Source: an uncultured Verrucomicrobiales bacterium
GTDB taxonomy: Bacteria > Pseudomonadota > Alphaproteobacteria > Paracaedibacterales > CAITNM01
Length of the DNA: 54,252 nt
Reading direction: 5' to 3'
Assembly: GCA_964351815.1 (NCBI GenBank)
Contig: CAYGPH010000003.1
Coordinates: 1-54,252 of the forward strand
Part shown: positions 1 through 11,050 of the stretch, piece after piece
Position numbering within the stretch: position 1 is the first letter of the stretch
Layout of the letters: each line of letters opens with the position of its first letter
Notes under the pieces: generated by a model
Told to the model about the DNA's origin: nothing
The model's database searches: none
Seen by the model: the letters and a program-made list of their open reading frames with translations, nothing else
Position numbers and translations under genes: made by a program

Positions 1-47
1 GTGGCCGTACGGTAGGTGCCGGTGTCGTTTCTAAGATTTTAAAGTAA
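1..47 (+). CDS. tuf: Elongation factor Tu, 3' terminal fragment (rest of the gene lies outside the window)
   Basis: Translation of nt 3-47 reads GRTVGAGVVSKILK*, the conserved EF-Tu C-terminus. It sits 9 nt upstream of rpsJ, as in tuf-S10 linkage. Confidence 0.8.
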   Translation, partial: GRTVGAGVVSKILK

Positions 48-56
48 GGGAAAAAA

Positions 57-368
57 ATGCAACAAGGACAACGTATACGGATAAGGCTACAGGCCTATGA
101 TCATCGCCTGCTTGATCAATCTGTAAAGGAAATTGTAGGTACTGCAAAGCGCACTGGAGCAAGTGTACGTGGCCCTATTCCTTTACCAACGCGTATTCAA
201 CGATATACCGTGAACCGATCACCGCACATTGACAAAAAGTCACGTGAGCAATTTGAGATGCGCACCCACAAAAGAGTGATTGATATTGTTGATTGGATGC
301 CGCAAACAGTTGATGCTTTAATGAAGCTTGATTTAGCGTCAGGCGTAGATGTGGAAATAAAGGTGTAA
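57..368 (+). CDS. rpsJ: 30S ribosomal protein S10
   Basis: 103 aa. [14 protein letters not shown] and [19 protein letters not shown] are canonical uS10 motifs. First gene of the S10 operon. Confidence 0.97.
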   Translation: MQQGQRIRIRLQAYDHRLLDQSVKEIVGTAKRTGASVRGPIPLPTRIQRYTVNRSPHIDKKSREQFEMRTHKRVIDIVDWMPQTVDALMKLDLASGVDVEIKV

Positions 369-369
369 T

Positions 370-1008
370 ATGCGTACAGGTGTTATAGCAAGAAAGTTGG
401 GAATGACCCAAATGTTCGATGAAAATGGAATGCAAACTGCTGTTTCGGTTTTAAAAGTTTCTCCCTGCACTGTACTTGCTCAGCGTAAGCAGCAAGAAGA
501 TGGCTACACAGCTGTTCAGTTAGGTTCAGAAGATCTTTCTGCAAGTAAACTTTCCAAACCCTTACGTGGTTTTTTTGAAAAAAAATCTCTTGCGCCAAAG
601 CGATTGATAAAAGAGTTTCGTGTTGATGAAAAAAACCTTGTTGAAGTTGGGCAAAACATTACCGTTGACCACTTTAAGGAAAAGCAGGAAATTGATGTTA
701 CAGGATCCTCCCAGGGTAAAGGTTTTGCGGGTGCTATGAAGCGCCACGGTTTTGGTGGGATGCCAGCTTCCCATGGTGTTTCTATCTCACATAGGGCACA
801 TGGTTCAACCGGACAATGTCAGGATCCAGGAAAAACATTTAAAAATAAGAAAATGGCTGGACAGATGGGTTCAAAACGGGTAACTATATTAAACTTAGAA
901 GTTTACGGCGTAAACAAAGAAGACAATCTTATTTACGTCAAAGGTGCGGTCCCCGGTCCAAAAAACGGTGTTGTCTATGTCCGTGATGCTATTAAAAAAA
1001 TGAGTTAA
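370..1008 (+). CDS. rplC: 50S ribosomal protein L3
   Basis: 212 aa. [17 protein letters not shown] and [12 protein letters not shown] are uL3 motifs. Operon position fits. Confidence 0.95.
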   Translation: MRTGVIARKLGMTQMFDENGMQTAVSVLKVSPCTVLAQRKQQEDGYTAVQLGSEDLSASKLSKPLRGFFEKKSLAPKRLIKEFRVDEKNLVEVGQNITVDHFKEKQEIDVTGSSQGKGFAGAMKRHGFGGMPASHGVSISHRAHGSTGQCQDPGKTFKNKKMAGQMGSKRVTILNLEVYGVNKEDNLIYVKGAVPGPKNGVVYVRDAIKKMS

Positions 1009-1012
1009 AAAA

Positions 1013-1627
1013 ATGAAGGTTGATGTTTTAAATTTAGATGCAGAAAAAGTTGGCGATATTGCGCTAAGTGAAGATGTGTTTTCGTGCAACCCACGCAAAG
1101 ATATTATTTCACGTGTAATAAACTGGCAGCTTGCTAAGCGTCGTTGTGGAAATCATAAAGCCAAAGTACGTGGCGAGGTTTCTGGTTCTACCAAAAAAAT
1201 CTTTAAACAAAAAGGGACTGGTAATGCACGCCATGGCTCTCGTCGTGGAGCTCAGTTTCGTGGTGGTGGTATTATATTTGGTCCATTAGTTCGTGATCAT
1301 GCCCATAGCTTACAGAAAAAAGTGCGTAAACTTGGCCTTAAAATGGCACTTTCTGCTAAAGCTTTAACTGGGAATCTCCATGTTGTTGAAAACTTTATTG
1401 TTGATTCACCCAAGGTAAATGCCAAATTACAAGGGAATTTTAATGCCAAAAAAATTCTTTTTGTCGATAGTGATTCCGTAAATGTAAATTTCTCACGATC
1501 AATAAGTAACGTCGTAGGTTTAGATGTCCTTCCGCAAATTGGCGCAAATGTTTACGATATCGTACGCAAGGAAAAAATCGTTATGACCAAACAAGCGGCA
1601 GAAGCCCTTCAGGAGCGTTTATCATGA
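1013..1627 (+). CDS. rplD: 50S ribosomal protein L4
   Basis: 204 aa. KQKGTGNARHGSRRGAQFRGGG is a uL4 motif. Confidence 0.95.
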   Translation: MKVDVLNLDAEKVGDIALSEDVFSCNPRKDIISRVINWQLAKRRCGNHKAKVRGEVSGSTKKIFKQKGTGNARHGSRRGAQFRGGGIIFGPLVRDHAHSLQKKVRKLGLKMALSAKALTGNLHVVENFIVDSPKVNAKLQGNFNAKKILFVDSDSVNVNFSRSISNVVGLDVLPQIGANVYDIVRKEKIVMTKQAAEALQERLS

Positions 1628-1926
1628 GTGCAATAAAAAATGCCAATTTATACGATATAATTGTGTCGCCTGTTGTTACGGAAAAAAGTCAAAGGAATAT
1701 GGAAGCTAATCAATATTTTTTCAATGTCCTGCCTTCTGTAAATAAACAGCAAATAAAACAGGCTGTAGAAGAAATATTTAAGGTAAAAGTCCTTAACGTT
1801 AGTACCCTAAACCGTAAGGGAAAAAACAAACTTTTTCGTGGCCATGCAGGCAAACGGTGTGATGTAAAACGCGCAATGGTGCGTTTAAAAGATGGCGATA
1901 CAATTAGTGTAGGAGCTGGAGGATAA
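1624..1926 (+). CDS. rplW: 50S ribosomal protein L23
   Basis: 100 aa. [13 protein letters not shown] is a uL23 N-terminus. The start overlaps the rplD stop (ATGA). Confidence 0.95.
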   Translation: MSAIKNANLYDIIVSPVVTEKSQRNMEANQYFFNVLPSVNKQQIKQAVEEIFKVKVLNVSTLNRKGKNKLFRGHAGKRCDVKRAMVRLKDGDTISVGAGG

Positions 1927-1928
1927 CC

Positions 1929-2759
1929 ATGGCTTTAAAACGTTACAAACCTGTTACAAGTTCCCAAAGAGGCTTGGTTAACATTGATCGTTCAGAACTG
2001 TGGAAGGGTCGTCCAGTTAAAGCTCTTGTTTGTGGAAAAAATAAAAAAAGTGGTCACAACAATGACGGACAAATATCATCATGGCATCGTGGTGGCGGTC
2101 ATAAGCAGCTTTATCGTATTATTGATTTTAAACGTGATCGTTTAGATCAAACTGCTGTTGTTGAACGTATAGAATACGATCCAAATCGTTCATCATTTAT
2201 TGCACTGTTAAAGTATAGCGACGGACATTTAACTTACATTATCGCGCCAAATAAACTTAAGGTTGGTGATGAAGTTATAGCTGGCGAAAAAACAGACATT
2301 AAACCAGGTAACTGTATGCGTCTGAAGAATTTCCCTTTAGGAACCGCAATCCATAACATCGAACTTAAGATTGGTAAAGGTGCCCAGCTTGTACGAAGTG
2401 CTGGTTGCTATGCACAAATAATGGGTCGTGATGGTCAGAATGCAATTATTAAAATGGCTTCAGGTGAAGTTCGTTTAATTAATAGTGAGTGTTTTGCAAC
2501 TGTTGGCGTTGTTTCTAACGCTGACCATTCAAACAGAACATACGCTAAAGCAGGTCGTAAACGTTGGATGGGTCGTAGGCCAATCGTCCGAGGCGTTGTT
2601 ATGAACCCAGTTGATCACCCACATGGTGGTGGTGAAGGCCGTACATCAGGTGGACGTCATCCCGTTACTCCATGGGGTGTAAAAACTAAAGGTAAGCGTA
2701 CAAGAAATAATAAACGTACATCAAATATGATTGTTCGTAGAAGAAAAACAGGTAAATAA
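1929..2759 (+). CDS. rplB: 50S ribosomal protein L2
   Basis: 276 aa. [21 protein letters not shown] is a uL2 motif. Confidence 0.97.
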   Translation: MALKRYKPVTSSQRGLVNIDRSELWKGRPVKALVCGKNKKSGHNNDGQISSWHRGGGHKQLYRIIDFKRDRLDQTAVVERIEYDPNRSSFIALLKYSDGHLTYIIAPNKLKVGDEVIAGEKTDIKPGNCMRLKNFPLGTAIHNIELKIGKGAQLVRSAGCYAQIMGRDGQNAIIKMASGEVRLINSECFATVGVVSNADHSNRTYAKAGRKRWMGRRPIVRGVVMNPVDHPHGGGEGRTSGGRHPVTPWGVKTKGKRTRNNKRTSNMIVRRRKTGK

Positions 2760-2762
2760 GTT

Positions 2763-3038
2763 ATGGCAAGATCAGTTTGGAAAGGTCCATTTTTTGATTC
2801 TTATCTTCTTAAGAAGGTAGAAAAGCTCCGTGAATCCGGAAGGAATGATGTGATTAAAACATGGTCACGTCGATCCACAATAATACCGCAATTTGTTGGT
2901 GTTACATTTGGAGTTTATAATGGCAAAAAGTTTTTACCGGTTCTAGTTTCTGAGCATATGGTAGGTCACAAGTTGGGCGAATTTTCACCAACACGTACCT
3001 TCTATGGTCATGGCGCTGATAAGAAAGCAAAGAGATAG
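2763..3038 (+). CDS. rpsS: 30S ribosomal protein S19
   Basis: 91 aa. [12 protein letters not shown] and [13 protein letters not shown] are uS19 motifs. Confidence 0.97.
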   Translation: MARSVWKGPFFDSYLLKKVEKLRESGRNDVIKTWSRRSTIIPQFVGVTFGVYNGKKFLPVLVSEHMVGHKLGEFSPTRTFYGHGADKKAKR

Positions 3039-3041
3039 CAT

Positions 3042-3407
3042 ATGGAAAATCAGAAGCAAACAACTGTTGTTTTAAAAAATATTCGCGTCAGTCCGCAGAA
3101 GCTTAATTTAGTAGCCAAAATGATACGTCGAATGGATGTTAATGATGCTATAAATGCACTTAAATTTTCACCAAAGCGCGTATCCGACGATGTACTTAAA
3201 GCAGTACGCTCTGCTGTTGCTAATGCGGAATTTAATCATGCTATGGATGTTGACAATTTATACATTAAAGAGGCTCATGTAGGTAAAGGTACTTGTATGC
3301 GTCGTTTTAGTGCACGCGGACGTTCACGTTCAGGTGTAATTCGTAAGTTATTTAGTCGCATTAGTATTGTTGTTGAAGAAAGAGAAACCATGGAGGAGAA
3401 GAATTAG
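3042..3407 (+). CDS. rplV: 50S ribosomal protein L22
   Basis: 121 aa. The [17 protein letters not shown] pattern and the position between rpsS and rpsC fit uL22. Confidence 0.95.
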   Translation: MENQKQTTVVLKNIRVSPQKLNLVAKMIRRMDVNDAINALKFSPKRVSDDVLKAVRSAVANAEFNHAMDVDNLYIKEAHVGKGTCMRRFSARGRSRSGVIRKLFSRISIVVEERETMEEKN

Positions 3408-3408
3408 T

Positions 3409-4071
3409 ATGGGTCAAAAAGTAAACCCCATTGGTTTAAGACTTGGAATTAATAAAACTTGGGATTCCAGATGGTTTTCAGGAAAATCATATGCCCATAA
3501 TCTTCACCAAGATTACATGATACGCGATTATATTGAAAAAAATTTTAAGTTAGCTGGTATTGCTAAGGTTGTTGTAGAGAGATCTTCAAAAAAAGTAATT
3601 GTTGCAATTCATTCATCAAGGCCTGGTGTTCTCATTGGCAAAAAGGGTGCTGATATAGAAAAACTTAAGAAAAAAATCAAAACCATGTGTGACCTTGAGG
3701 CAGCAATCAATATTAATGAAATTCGTAAACCGGAATTAGACGCAAAATTAGCAGCAGAAAACGTTGCTCAACAAATTGAACGCCGTGTTTCCTTTCGTCG
3801 TGCCATGAAAAGAGCCATGCAAACAGCCCTTCGTATGGGGGCTCAAGGTGTGCGTATTAATGTATCAGGGCGTTTAAATGGTGCCGATATTGCACGTATG
3901 GAATGGTATCGTGAGGGTCAGGTTCCTTTACATACATTACGTTCAGATGTTGATTATGGAGTTTCAACAGCACATACCACTTATGGTGCTATTGGAATTA
4001 AGATGTGGATATATAAAGGTGAGATCAAGGAAAATGATCCTTTAGCTCATGAAAAAAAAGCAGTGCAATAG
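3409..4071 (+). CDS. rpsC: 30S ribosomal protein S3
   Basis: Start moved to ATG 3409 ([13 protein letters not shown], canonical uS3 N-terminus), preceded by GGAGGAG. The ORF-track start at 3367 would overlap rplV. Confidence 0.95.
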   Translation: MGQKVNPIGLRLGINKTWDSRWFSGKSYAHNLHQDYMIRDYIEKNFKLAGIAKVVVERSSKKVIVAIHSSRPGVLIGKKGADIEKLKKKIKTMCDLEAAININEIRKPELDAKLAAENVAQQIERRVSFRRAMKRAMQTALRMGAQGVRINVSGRLNGADIARMEWYREGQVPLHTLRSDVDYGVSTAHTTYGAIGIKMWIYKGEIKENDPLAHEKKAVQ

Positions 4072-4080
4072 GCGGACATT

Positions 4081-4491
4081 ATGTTATCACCAAAAAAAAC
4101 AAAATTTAGAAAAGCATTTAAGGGAAAAATACATGGTATCGCTCGTTCAGGTTATACCGTTGACCATGGTTCATATGGATTAAAGTCTTTAGACCCTATG
4201 CGTATTACCTCTCGACAAATTGAAGCTGCAAGAAGAACCATCGCGCGCCATATGAAACGTGTTGGTAAAGTTTGGATTCGTATATTTCCAGATTTACCCG
4301 TATCAGCAAAGCCTGCAGAAGTCCGCATGGGTTCAGGTAAAGGTTCACCTGAATATTGGGCTTGTCGCGTGAAGCCTGGTAAAGTTATGTTTGAAGTGGA
4401 TGGTGTTCCAGAAAATATTGCGCGCGAAGCGTTCCAATTAGCCGCAGCTAAGTTGCCCGTTCAAACTAAATTTGTAAAAAGAATGTTTTAA
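4081..4491 (+). CDS. rplP: 50S ribosomal protein L16
   Basis: 136 aa. [11 protein letters not shown] and [12 protein letters not shown] are uL16 motifs. Confidence 0.97.
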   Translation: MLSPKKTKFRKAFKGKIHGIARSGYTVDHGSYGLKSLDPMRITSRQIEAARRTIARHMKRVGKVWIRIFPDLPVSAKPAEVRMGSGKGSPEYWACRVKPGKVMFEVDGVPENIAREAFQLAAAKLPVQTKFVKRMF

Positions 4492-4506
4492 TACCACATA
4501 GGTTGT

Positions 4507-4704
4507 ATGATGAAATATAGTGAAATAAAAAATAATAAAAAAGATAGCCTTTTTAGCACTTATGCTGATTTGAAAAAAGAACTTTTCAATCTACGCATGC
4601 AAAAAGCTGAAGGCAAACTTGAAAAAACTTCACGTTTTCGTGATTGTCGGCGTGATGTTGCACGTGTGCTAACGCGCTTAAGTGAATTAAAGAGGACACA
4701 GTAA
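4507..4704 (+). CDS. rpmC: 50S ribosomal protein L29
   Basis: 65 aa. [13 protein letters not shown] fits uL29. The start could be the second ATG at 4510. Confidence 0.9.
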   Translation: MMKYSEIKNNKKDSLFSTYADLKKELFNLRMQKAEGKLEKTSRFRDCRRDVARVLTRLSELKRTQ

Positions 4705-4949
4705 TGCCTAGAAGAATTTTACAAGGTACAGTAGTAAGCGACAAGGCTGATAAAACTGTTACTGTAATTGTTGAACGAAATGTTATGCATCCCGTTTACA
4801 AAAAATATGTTAAGAAACACAAAAAATACGCAGCCCATGACGAAACGAACAGTTATAAAACTGGCGACACGGTACGTATTATAGAAGTAAAGCCAATTTC
4901 TAAAACGAAAACATGGCAAGTGCAAGATAAGGTACAGGTTGGTAAATGA
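4704..4949 (+). CDS. rpsQ: 30S ribosomal protein S17
   Basis: 81 aa. [21 protein letters not shown] fits uS17. One-nt overlap with the rpmC stop. Confidence 0.95.
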   Translation: MPRRILQGTVVSDKADKTVTVIVERNVMHPVYKKYVKKHKKYAAHDETNSYKTGDTVRIIEVKPISKTKTWQVQDKVQVGK

Positions 4950-5314
4950 TACAAGCAGAATCACGGTTAAAAGTTGCAGATAATTCCGGTGCAAAGGAAG
5001 TACTGTGCATTAAAGTTTTAGGTGGGTCAAAGCGCCGCTATGCATCCGTTGGCGATATTATTGTAGTAACAGTTAAATCTGCAATACCAAGGGGTAAGGT
5101 TTCAAAAGGTACTGTTCAAAAAGCAGTAGTTGTTAGAACAAGTCAGCCCGTGCGCCGTCAAGATGGTTCAACTATTCAGTTCGATCGCAATGCCGCTGTT
5201 ATTATTAATAATAATCGCGAACCAATTGGTAGCCGTATTTTTGGACCAGTTACGCGTGAATTGCGTAGTAAAGGTTATATGAAAATAATTTCTTTAGCGC
5301 CGGAGGTATTGTAA
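4946..5314 (+). CDS. rplN: 50S ribosomal protein L14
   Basis: 122 aa. [19 protein letters not shown] fits uL14. Confidence 0.97.
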   Translation: MIQAESRLKVADNSGAKEVLCIKVLGGSKRRYASVGDIIVVTVKSAIPRGKVSKGTVQKAVVVRTSQPVRRQDGSTIQFDRNAAVIINNNREPIGSRIFGPVTRELRSKGYMKIISLAPEVL

Positions 5315-5652
5315 TGACGCAAGTTCGTTTCAAAGTCAAAACAGGTGATACGGTAGAAGTTATTGTAGGTAAGGACAAAGGTAAACGTGGTCTGATATCT
5401 AAAATTAACCTTGAGAAACAAAATGTACTTGTTGATGGTGTAAACATTAGGGTGCGCAACACGAAACCTTCAGCTATAAATCCCCAAGGTGGACGTGTTG
5501 AAAAAAGTCATCCCATACATGTTTCAAATGTTTCCATTGTTAACCCATCTACCGATAAAATAGATCGCATCGGCGTGAAAAAAAATGAAAAAGGTAAAAA
5601 CCAGCGTTATTTCAAAAAAACTGGTGAATTCGTTGAAAGGATAAGCTCATGA
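5314..5652 (+). CDS. rplX: 50S ribosomal protein L24
   Basis: 112 aa. KOW motif [23 protein letters not shown] overlap with rplN. Confidence 0.93.
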   Translation: MTQVRFKVKTGDTVEVIVGKDKGKRGLISKINLEKQNVLVDGVNIRVRNTKPSAINPQGGRVEKSHPIHVSNVSIVNPSTDKIDRIGVKKNEKGKNQRYFKKTGEFVERISS

Positions 5653-6191
5653 GCTATTCAAAAAAACTTTTTAATGAGAAATTATCAAAGGAATTGCAGG
5701 AATCTTTAGGTTTTAAAAATCCTATGCAGGTTCCTAGACTTTCAAAAATTGTTTTAAATATGTGCGTTCCCGAAGCAACACAGGATAGTAAAAAAGTTCA
5801 AGGTGCTTTTGATGATATGCAAGTTATTGCTGGTCAAAAACCTGTTTTAACAAAGGCAAAAAAATCCGTTGCAGGGTTTAAACTTCGTGAAAACATGAAT
5901 ATTGGATCTAAAGTAACGCTTCGTAAAGATCGCATGTATGAATTTTTGGATCGCCTAATTAATATTGCATTACCAAGGGTCCGGGATTTCCGTGGCTTGT
6001 CAAAAAAGAGTTTTGATGGTAAAGGTAATTATTCGTTGGGTATTAAGGAACAAATTATTTTTCCAGAAATTAATTATGATAAGGTCGATAAGATTCGTGG
6101 TATGGATATTACTGTATGTACAACAGCAAAAAATGATGCTGAGGCTTTAGCATTGCTTAAAGCGCTTAACTTTCCAATAAAGGGAGCGTAG
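5649..6191 (+). CDS. rplE: 50S ribosomal protein L5
   Basis: 180 aa. [15 protein letters not shown] and PRVRDFRGL fit uL5. Confidence 0.96.
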   Translation: MSYSKKLFNEKLSKELQESLGFKNPMQVPRLSKIVLNMCVPEATQDSKKVQGAFDDMQVIAGQKPVLTKAKKSVAGFKLRENMNIGSKVTLRKDRMYEFLDRLINIALPRVRDFRGLSKKSFDGKGNYSLGIKEQIIFPEINYDKVDKIRGMDITVCTTAKNDAEALALLKALNFPIKGA

Positions 6192-6194
6192 GAC

Positions 6195-6500
6195 ATGGCT
6201 AAAGTTAGTTCAATTCAAAAAAACAAAAATCGCAAGAGACAAGTTGCTAATAAAGCTGAGAGTCGTAAGAAGCTTAAGGATATTATTTATAACCGTGAAC
6301 TTTCTATAGAAGATAGAATAAGCGCAACCTTTAAATTAGCACAAATGCCAAGAAATTCTGCGAAAATACGTGTGCGTAACCGCTGTGAATTAACGGGCAG
6401 ATCACGTGGTTTTTACCGCAAGTTTAGTATGTCCCGAATTATGTTAAGAGAGCTTGGAAACAATGGTTTGGTCCCAGGCGTAACAAAAGCAAGTTGGTAA
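6195..6500 (+). CDS. rpsN: 30S ribosomal protein S14 (long form)
   Basis: 101 aa. The C-terminus RELGNNGLVPGVTKASW is typical of uS14. Confidence 0.95.
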   Translation: MAKVSSIQKNKNRKRQVANKAESRKKLKDIIYNRELSIEDRISATFKLAQMPRNSAKIRVRNRCELTGRSRGFYRKFSMSRIMLRELGNNGLVPGVTKASW

Positions 6501-6503
6501 ATT

Positions 6504-6902
6504 ATGTCATTATTATCTGATCCCATAGCAGACTTCATTACTCGCATACGCAATGCGCAGCGTGTTAGCTTATCTGTAACATCATCACCTTATTCACGCA
6601 CCCGTGAGCATATAGCCCAGGTTCTTGTAGAAGAAGGTTATATAAGAAATTATAAGGTTTCTGAATCTAGTGGTAAAAAAAACATAACTGTTGAACTAAA
6701 GTATTTTGAAGGTAAGCCTGTTATTTCAAAAATAAATCGAGTTTCTAAACCCGGGCGTAGGGTTTATTCTGCAATTGCAGATTTAAAGAAGTTTGCCAAC
6801 GGCTTAGGTATTAATATTTTATCTACAAGTAAGGGTGTTTTGTCAGATAGTAAGGCAAAAGAACTTGGCGTTGGTGGCGAAGTTCTGTGTCAGGTGTATT
6901 AG
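6504..6902 (+). CDS. rpsH: 30S ribosomal protein S8
   Basis: 132 aa. SDPIADFITRIRNA fits uS8. Confidence 0.96.
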   Translation: MSLLSDPIADFITRIRNAQRVSLSVTSSPYSRTREHIAQVLVEEGYIRNYKVSESSGKKNITVELKYFEGKPVISKINRVSKPGRRVYSAIADLKKFANGLGINILSTSKGVLSDSKAKELGVGGEVLCQVY

Positions 6903-6915
6903 GAGTATTAAAATT

Positions 6916-7449
6916 ATGTCACGTGTAGGTAAAATGCCAGTTACTTTTGCTGCGCCAATTAATGTTGATATAGTTGGTCAATTGCTAACTGCATCTAGCG
7001 CAAATAAGAAAGTTGATTATCAGGTTCCAGATTTAGTTTCCGTAGAAAAAACCGCTAACAGCGTTATATTTCAGCCAAAAAACACTTCCAAAACTGCAAG
7101 ATCTTTGTGGGGAACTACTCAACGGAATTTTGCCAATATTATTAAAGGCTTCTCTGAAGGTTTTAAGCTTAATATTGAACTTGTAGGCGTTGGTTATAAA
7201 GCTTCAGTTTCTGGTCAAAAACTAAAATTAAGCTTAGGGTATAGTCATGATATTGATTATGATATCCCTGAGGGTATTAAAATTGAATGTACTAAACCCA
7301 CAGCTATTGTAATTACTGGAGCAAGTAAGCAGAAAGTTGGAATGGTTGGTGCCTATTTAAAATCACTTAGAAAGCCTGAACCATATAAAGGTAAGGGCGT
7401 CATTCGCGAGAATGATTTTATCTTACGTAAAGAAGGAAAGAAGAAGTAA
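6916..7449 (+). CDS. rplF: 50S ribosomal protein L6
   Basis: Start moved to ATG 6916 (MSRVGKMPV, canonical uL6 N-terminus), with AGGAG at 6901-6905. The ORF-track start at 6835 lies inside rpsH. Confidence 0.95.
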   Translation: MSRVGKMPVTFAAPINVDIVGQLLTASSANKKVDYQVPDLVSVEKTANSVIFQPKNTSKTARSLWGTTQRNFANIIKGFSEGFKLNIELVGVGYKASVSGQKLKLSLGYSHDIDYDIPEGIKIECTKPTAIVITGASKQKVGMVGAYLKSLRKPEPYKGKGVIRENDFILRKEGKKK

Positions 7450-7451
7450 TC

Positions 7452-7808
7452 ATGTACTATGCATCTGCTCTTGATCGTCGTCGTCAACGTATTCGGCGCA
7501 AACTCTCAACTGTTTCAACAGATCGTCCACGTTTAGTCGTAAACCGTACTAATAAGCATACTTACGCACAAGTTATTGATACCAATTCAGGAAAAGTTTT
7601 AGTGAACTATTCAACGAATATGAAGATTGCCAGTGATGTTAAAAATGGCGCAAATGTTGCTGCTGCAAAAATTGTAGGAGAAAACATTGGTAAGCAAGCT
7701 GTTAAAGCTGGCATAAAAAAAGTGGTTTTTGATCGTTCAGGTTTTTTATATCATGGACGAATCAAGGCAATTGCAGAAGCTGCACGTGAAGCTGGTTTGG
7801 ATTTTTAG
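7452..7808 (+). CDS. rplR: 50S ribosomal protein L18
   Basis: 118 aa. RLVVNRTNKHTYAQVID and FDRSGFLYHGRIKA fit uL18. Confidence 0.95.
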   Translation: MYYASALDRRRQRIRRKLSTVSTDRPRLVVNRTNKHTYAQVIDTNSGKVLVNYSTNMKIASDVKNGANVAAAKIVGENIGKQAVKAGIKKVVFDRSGFLYHGRIKAIAEAAREAGLDF

Positions 7809-7816
7809 GTAATATT

Positions 7817-8371
7817 ATGGCAAAACAAAATAGAAAAACTGTAGAAGAAAAAGACGAACAAATTATTGAAAAGCTTGTTAACGTTCGCCGTGTAACCAAA
7901 GTTGTAAAGGGCGGTAAAACAATGCGTTTTTCTGCACTTGTTGTTGTAGGTGATGGAAAAGGTCGCGTTGGTTATGCAACAGGTAAGGCCCGTGAGGTAC
8001 CTGATGCTGTAAAAAAAGCTGTTGATAAAGCAAAAAAAATTATGATCCGTGTACCTATGCGTGAAGGAAGAACCCTCCATCATGATACCGTTATGCGTTG
8101 TGGTGCTGGCCGTGTGGTTTTGCGCTCTGCTCCTCCTGGTACAGGCGTTATTGCCGGTGGACCTATGCGTGCTATTTTTGAAGCTTTGGGTATACATGAT
8201 GTTGTTTGTAAATCTAATGGTACGAATAATTATCATAATATGGTTCGTGCTACTTTCGCAGGTCTGCAAAACATACACTCTCCAAAACACATAGCTGCTA
8301 AGCTTGGTAAAAAAATTGGTGATGTTATTGTTCGCAGGGATGGTAAGCAATCTGAAACAGCTGGTGCATAG
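7817..8371 (+). CDS. rpsE: 30S ribosomal protein S5
   Basis: 184 aa. VNVRRVTKVVKGGKTMRFSALVVVGDGKGRVG fits uS5. Confidence 0.96.
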   Translation: MAKQNRKTVEEKDEQIIEKLVNVRRVTKVVKGGKTMRFSALVVVGDGKGRVGYATGKAREVPDAVKKAVDKAKKIMIRVPMREGRTLHHDTVMRCGAGRVVLRSAPPGTGVIAGGPMRAIFEALGIHDVVCKSNGTNNYHNMVRATFAGLQNIHSPKHIAAKLGKKIGDVIVRRDGKQSETAGA

Positions 8372-8379
8372 GTAGTATT

Positions 8380-8583
8380 ATGGTAAAAAAAGAACAGCAA
8401 ACAATTAAAGTAAAACAGATTTCAAGTACGATTCGTCGCCCTGGCTATCAATCCCTTTACTTAAAGACGTTGGGTTTAAAAAGAATTAATCATGAGCGTG
8501 ATGTGTTAGATAATCATGCGAATCGTTGTTTAATTAATAAGATCCCTCATTTAGTTTCTATCGTTGAAGAAGGTAATAAATAA
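8380..8583 (+). CDS. rpmD: 50S ribosomal protein L30
   Basis: 67 aa. IKVKQISSTIRRP and TLGLKRINH fit uL30. Confidence 0.9.
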   Translation: MVKKEQQTIKVKQISSTIRRPGYQSLYLKTLGLKRINHERDVLDNHANRCLINKIPHLVSIVEEGNK

Positions 8584-9044
8584 TGGAATATAAACTTAAT
8601 ACGATTGCAGATAATCCTGGTGCACGCAAAAAACGTATGACAATATGTCGCGGCATAGGTTCCGGTAAAGGTAAAACTGGTGGTCGTGGTGGTAAAGGTC
8701 AGACCGCTCGTTCAGGCTCATCTATTAATGGATTCGAAGGTGGACAAACGCCAATTTATCGTCGCTTACCTAAACGTGGTTTTCACAACATTCATGCGAT
8801 TCCAAAATATGAATTAACTTTCGACAAGGTTTCACAGCTTCTTAGCAATGGATTTGTTAATGAAGGTGATACAATTAATGCTGAGGTCTTGAAAAAATTT
8901 AAATTTATGCCAAACTATTTATCTGAAATAAGGCTTATTGCAACCGGTACTTTGGATAAGAAAATTAATTTTGCTATAACAAAAGCATCAAAAAAAGCTG
9001 CCGAGATGGTTGAAAAAGCCGGTGGTAGTATCGTTTTTGAGTAA
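8583..9044 (+). CDS. rplO: 50S ribosomal protein L15
   Basis: 153 aa. GRGGKGQTARSG and GFEGGQTPIYRRLPKRGF fit uL15. Confidence 0.95.
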   Translation: MEYKLNTIADNPGARKKRMTICRGIGSGKGKTGGRGGKGQTARSGSSINGFEGGQTPIYRRLPKRGFHNIHAIPKYELTFDKVSQLLSNGFVNEGDTINAEVLKKFKFMPNYLSEIRLIATGTLDKKINFAITKASKKAAEMVEKAGGSIVFE

Positions 9045-9050
9045 GGTAAT

Positions 9051-10403
9051 ATGGCATCATCAATAGAACAAATGGCTTCAGGTATCACTTTTGATACCTT
9101 TAAAAAAGCTCACGACTTAAAAAAGCGCATCTTATTTACATTAGGTGTGCTTATTATATATCGTCTTGGAACATACATTCCTTTGCCTGGAATTAACCCA
9201 CTTGTTATTAAGGATTTCATCCAAAGCAATGCCGGTGGTATATTAGGCATAGTCGATATGTTTTCTGGTGGGTCCCTTGGACGTATGACTATTTTTGCTT
9301 TAAATATCATGCCATACATTTCTGCCAGTATCATTATTCAACTTATGACCGCTATTTCACCCCAACTTGAAGCGTTGAAAAAAGAAGGTGATTCTGGTCG
9401 AAAAAAAATAACCCAATATACACGTTATTTAACTGTTCTACTTTGTATTTTTCAATCCTATGGAATTTCCGTTGGATTAGAAAGTATATCAGCTCCTTCT
9501 GGCATGGCTGTAATGGATCCAGGTATGTTATTTAAAATAACGACCGTGATAACATTTACGGGTGGTACTTTATTTATCATGTGGCTTGGCGAGCAAATAA
9601 CCTCACGCGGTATTGGTAATGGAATTTCCCTTATTATTTATGCTGGTATTGTCGCAAACCTTCCCCAATCAGCGTTATCATTCATAAGGTTAGGTCGTGA
9701 AGGTGCGATAGCACCGCTAATAATCATTAGCGTTATACTTCTTGTTATTTTTGTTATTGCCTATGTAGTATTTATGGAACGTGCTCAGCGTAGAATTACT
9801 ATACAGTATCCAAAACGCCAGATGTCAGCAAATATGCCTGCTGTATCACAGACCACACATCTCCCCATGAAACTCAACGTATCAGGTGTTATCCCACCGA
9901 TATTTGCATCATCTTTACTGCTTTTACCTGCAACCTTAACAGGTTTTGCTGGATCAACTGACCAAACTGGTATAGCCGCGACCATAGCACGTCTATTTAG
10001 CCATGGTCATCCTGTTTACATAATAACTTTTACTGTTCTCATCATTTTCTTTGCTTTCTTCTACACAGCAATTACGTTTAATCCAGAAGAAACGGCTGAA
10101 AATTTAAGGAAACAAGGTAATTTCATTCCTGGTGTTCGACCTGGTAAACCCACTTCTGATTTTCTCGATTACGTTCTAACTCGTATTACTGTTGTCGGTG
10201 CCTTATACTTAGCATCTGTCTGCATAATACCTGAACTTATACTTAGTCGTGTATCTTTACCATTTTATTTTGGTGGAACAAGTATACTTATTGTCGTAAG
10301 CGTAACGATGGATACCATTACTCAGGTGCAATCACATTTGTTTGCTCACCAGTATGAAGGTTTAATGAAAAAAGCTAAAGCTAGAGGCAAGGGCAGGTTC
10401 TAG
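9051..10403 (+). CDS. secY: Preprotein translocase subunit SecY
   Basis: 450-aa multi-TM protein. IIYRLGTYIPLPGIN and GEQITSRGIGNGISLII are SecY signatures. spc-operon position fits. Confidence 0.97.
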   Translation: MASSIEQMASGITFDTFKKAHDLKKRILFTLGVLIIYRLGTYIPLPGINPLVIKDFIQSNAGGILGIVDMFSGGSLGRMTIFALNIMPYISASIIIQLMTAISPQLEALKKEGDSGRKKITQYTRYLTVLLCIFQSYGISVGLESISAPSGMAVMDPGMLFKITTVITFTGGTLFIMWLGEQITSRGIGNGISLIIYAGIVANLPQSALSFIRLGREGAIAPLIIISVILLVIFVIAYVVFMERAQRRITIQYPKRQMSANMPAVSQTTHLPMKLNVSGVIPPIFASSLLLLPATLTGFAGSTDQTGIAATIARLFSHGHPVYIITFTVLIIFFAFFYTAITFNPEETAENLRKQGNFIPGVRPGKPTSDFLDYVLTRITVVGALYLASVCIIPELILSRVSLPFYFGGTSILIVVSVTMDTITQVQSHLFAHQYEGLMKKAKARGKGRF

Positions 10404-11050
10404 TGAATATCGTATTTGTAGGCCCGCCTGCTTGTGGTAAGGGCACTCAAGCTTCAATTATTAGCGAAAAATTTGGCCTAAGCCATTTTTCAACTGGTGA
10501 TATTTTGCGTGATGAAGCAAAAAAAACAACTGAGCGTGGATTACTTGTGTCTAGTATTCTAGGTAAAGGTGATCTTTGTCCGTCTGATTTATTAGAGCCA
10601 ATCCTAGAAGAATATATTACAGAAAATTCCTTTGATAACATTTTGTTTGATGGTTATCCACGTAAGTTGGATCAAGGTGTTTTTTTGAATAAAATACTGA
10701 ATGATAATAAAAAAAATATTGATTTTGTTTTTTTCTTTGACATAGATGATGTAAACGTAGTAGAAAGAATTACTGGACGTTTAGCATGCTCTACGTGCGG
10801 TGAAATATATAATACGACAACGATGCCACCCAAAATAGCGAATATTTGCGATGAATGTGGTTCGAAGTTAGCTGCTAGGGGTGACGATAGTAAGGAAATC
10901 ATGATGAATAGATTAAAAAAATATCATGCTGAAACTTTTCCTCTCAAGAACTTCTATGCAGAAAAAGGTGTTTTAAATGTTGTAGATGCGCGTATGTCTG
11001 TCCATGAAGTAACAGATTATATGCTAAATATTATTAAGGGAGACTGTTAG
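10403..11050 (+). CDS. adk: Adenylate kinase (Cys4 lid type)
   Basis: P-loop [10 protein letters not shown] and lid CSTCGEIY...CDECGSKL. The GTG start overlaps the secY stop by 1 nt. Confidence 0.95.
   Translation: MNIVFVGPPACGKGTQASIISEKFGLSHFSTGDILRDEAKKTTERGLLVSSILGKGDLCPSDLLEPILEEYITENSFDNILFDGYPRKLDQGVFLNKILNDNKKNIDFVFFFDIDDVNVVERITGRLACSTCGEIYNTTTMPPKIANICDECGSKLAARGDDSKEIMMNRLKKYHAETFPLKNFYAEKGVLNVVDARMSVHEVTDYMLNIIKGDC

Noticed and set aside
3367-3408. N-terminal extensions suggested by the ORF track (rpsC 3367, rplF 6835, aroK 13249, bolA 41440, gyrB 45370, pseudouridine synthase 26955)
   Set aside because: Each extension overlaps the preceding gene or adds non-conserved residues before a canonical family N-terminus. 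Internal ATGs with Shine-Dalgarno-like sequences give the expected protein starts.
7805-8350. 181-aa ORF antisense to almost the whole of rpsE
   Set aside because: It overlaps a highly conserved ribosomal gene on the opposite strand. Its composition is low-complexity (Thr/Asn/Phe-rich) with no recognisable motif or ribosome-binding context. Long antisense frames opposite strongly codon-biased genes are a known artefact.
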